Below are positions 62,655 to 64,000 of a stretch of 64,000 nt of DNA, in pieces. Made by a program: the position numbers and the translations under genes. Source of the DNA: Clostridia bacterium (GTDB taxonomy: Bacteria; Bacillota; Clostridia; Christensenellales; Borkfalkiaceae); NCBI GenBank assembly GCA_900771345.1, contig CAAGNQ010000045.1:33230-97229 (forward strand). Direction: 5' to 3'. The notes under the pieces were generated by a model. It was not told the DNA's origin, made no database searches, and saw only the letters and a program-made list of their open reading frames with translations. Position 1 is the stretch's first letter. Each line of letters opens with the position of its first letter.

Positions 62655-64000
62655 TTAGTCGTTTTTAGCAAGGTTTTTATAAGACTCAAGTCTATACTTA
62701 CTGTCAGCCTCTGTCTTTTCAAAGAGTTTTTCAGCAGTTTCAGGGCGAGCCTTCATAAGTGAAGCGTATCTAGTTTCGCCGAGCAAGAATGCCTTATAGT
62801 CACCCGTTGGCTCTTTGCTATCGAGAGTGAAAGGATTCTTACCCTCGTCGATATTATCAGGATTGTACCTGTAAAGATGCCAGTAGCCACAATCAACAGC
62901 CTTTTTCTCTTCGTCTTGAGATTTAGCCATATTAATACCGTGGTTGATACAAGGAGCATAACAGATGATAAGTGATGGTCCGTCGTATTTTTCAGCCTCA
63001 ATGAGAGCGTTCATAAGTTGTTGCTTATTAGAGCCCATAGCGCATTGAGCAACGTAAACGTAACCGTAACTCATAGCCATCATGCCAAGGTCTTTTTTCT
63101 TAACTCTCTTACCTGCTGCTGCAAATTTTGCAACCGAGCCTGTAGGAGTAGATTTAGAAGCCTGACCACCCGTGTTAGAGTAAACTTCAGTATCAAGAAC
63201 TAAAACGTTAACGTTTTCGCCTGATGCTAGAACGTGGTCAAGACCACCGTAACCGATATCGTAAGCCCAGCCGTCGCCACCGAAAATCCAAATAGATGGT
63301 TTAACTAAGCAGTCGAGATTTGTTTTAATATAATCGAGCCCGTCAGCAGTTTCTTTTGCTATAGCCTCTTTAACGAGGTTAGCGGCAATCTTAGATTTTT
63401 CAGCGTCGTTTTTATCGCTAATCCAAGTTTCAAAAGCAAGTTTAGTTTGTGCGCTAACCTTATCCATTGAAGCGAGCATATCTTCTTCGATTTTAGCACG
63501 GCGAGCCTTCATAGCAAGATTCATACCGTAACCAAACTCTGCGTTATCTTCAAATAAACTGTTAGCCCAAGCAGGACCTTTGCCTTCTTTGTTAGTAGTG
63601 TAAGGACAGGTTGGAGCAGAGCCACCGTAGATAGAAGAACAACCGGTTGCGTTAGCAACAATCATTCTGTCGCCGAAAAGTTGAGTAACAACTTTAACGT
63701 AAGGTGTTTCGCCACAGCCAGCGCAAGCGCCAGAGAACTCGAATAGAGGCTTTTTAAATCCAACGCCCTTAACGGTTGAAGGTTTACAGCCAGGGCAAGC
63801 AGAAAGGTCAACTTCAGGAAGTTTTTCGCTAAACTCGTAGTTTACCTTTTCTTCCTCAACGATACTTCCAAATGGAACCATTGTTAAGGCTTTTTCTTTA
63901 GAAGGGCAGATGTCGGCACAAACGCCACAACCCATGCAATCTAGTGGTGAAACTTGCATTCTGTATTCATAACCCTTGTTACCAATCATTGCCTTAGTTA
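62655..64000 (-). CDS. nifJ: pyruvate:ferredoxin (flavodoxin) oxidoreductase, C-terminal ~448 codons (gene continues beyond the window end)
   Basis: CMGCGVCADICP ferredoxin-like cluster motif and GGDGWAYDIGYGGLDHV TPP-binding motif. The reading frame stays open to position 64000. Confidence 0.93.
   Translation of the reverse strand, partial: TKAMIGNKGYEYRMQVSPLDCMGCGVCADICPSKEKALTMVPFGSIVEEEKVNYEFSEKLPEVDLSACPGCKPSTVKGVGFKKPLFEFSGACAGCGETPYVKVVTQLFGDRMIVANATGCSSIYGGSAPTCPYTTNKEGKGPAWANSLFEDNAEFGYGMNLAMKARRAKIEEDMLASMDKVSAQTKLAFETWISDKNDAEKSKIAANLVKEAIAKETADGLDYIKTNLDCLVKPSIWIFGGDGWAYDIGYGGLDHVLASGENVNVLVLDTEVYSNTGGQASKSTPTGSVAKFAAAGKRVKKKDLGMMAMSYGYVYVAQCAMGSNKQQLMNALIEAEKYDGPSLIICYAPCINHGINMAKSQDEEKKAVDCGYWHLYRYNPDNIDEGKNPFTLDSKEPTGDYKAFLLGETRYASLMKARPETAEKLFEKTEADSKYRLESYKNLAKND

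Noticed and set aside
1-64000. Searched for mobile elements, prophage remnants, defence systems, toxin-antitoxin pairs and biosynthetic gene clusters.
   Set aside because: I found no integrase, transposase, recombinase, restriction/modification, nuclease-helicase, Cas, abortive-infection-like or NRPS/PKS proteins among the translated ORFs. The small HTH protein (30159-30359) has no toxin-like partner. The window looks like conserved core chromosome.

Overview
Low-GC chromosome segment from a sporulating Firmicutes/Clostridia-type anaerobe (spoIIGA-sigE-sigG, yyaC, CotF-like coat protein, rubrerythrin, PFOR). It carries most classical origin-proximal genes (parA, parB, mnmG, dnaA, recF, jag, yidC, yidD, rnpA, rpmH, dnaN, rsmG), but in a scrambled, non-canonical order and interleaved with housekeeping genes: lepA, hemW, polA, coaE, gltX, ftsH, purC, cysK, GTP-PEPCK, trxA, an amino-acid ABC transporter and lipid/polysaccharide genes. 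I support about 62 protein genes, one tRNA-Leu(CAA), RNase P RNA, a preQ1-I riboswitch (queT) and a lysine riboswitch (NhaC-family transporter) placed back to back, and many intrinsic terminators. I saw no transposase, integrase, phage genes, CRISPR array, or recognisable defence or toxin-antitoxin module, so this reads as core genome rather than an accessory island. The observations most worth a second look: (1) four perfect parS centromere sites in tandem at a 28-bp period, inside an 863-bp ORF-free, extremely AT-rich intergenic region next to ftsH-parA-parB; (2) an unassigned riboswitch-like leader (12-bp closing helix, alternative pairings, antiterminator/terminator) upstream of a 110-aa two-TM protein; (3) the rearranged dnaA/dnaN/recF/rpmH neighbourhood with no consensus DnaA-box cluster visible by eye; (4) a 16-nt direct repeat pair flanking a terminator downstream of tRNA-Leu; (5) a YidC with a ~235-aa extracytoplasmic insertion. 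All functional calls come from reading the translated ORFs and motifs from memory. No database search was run.
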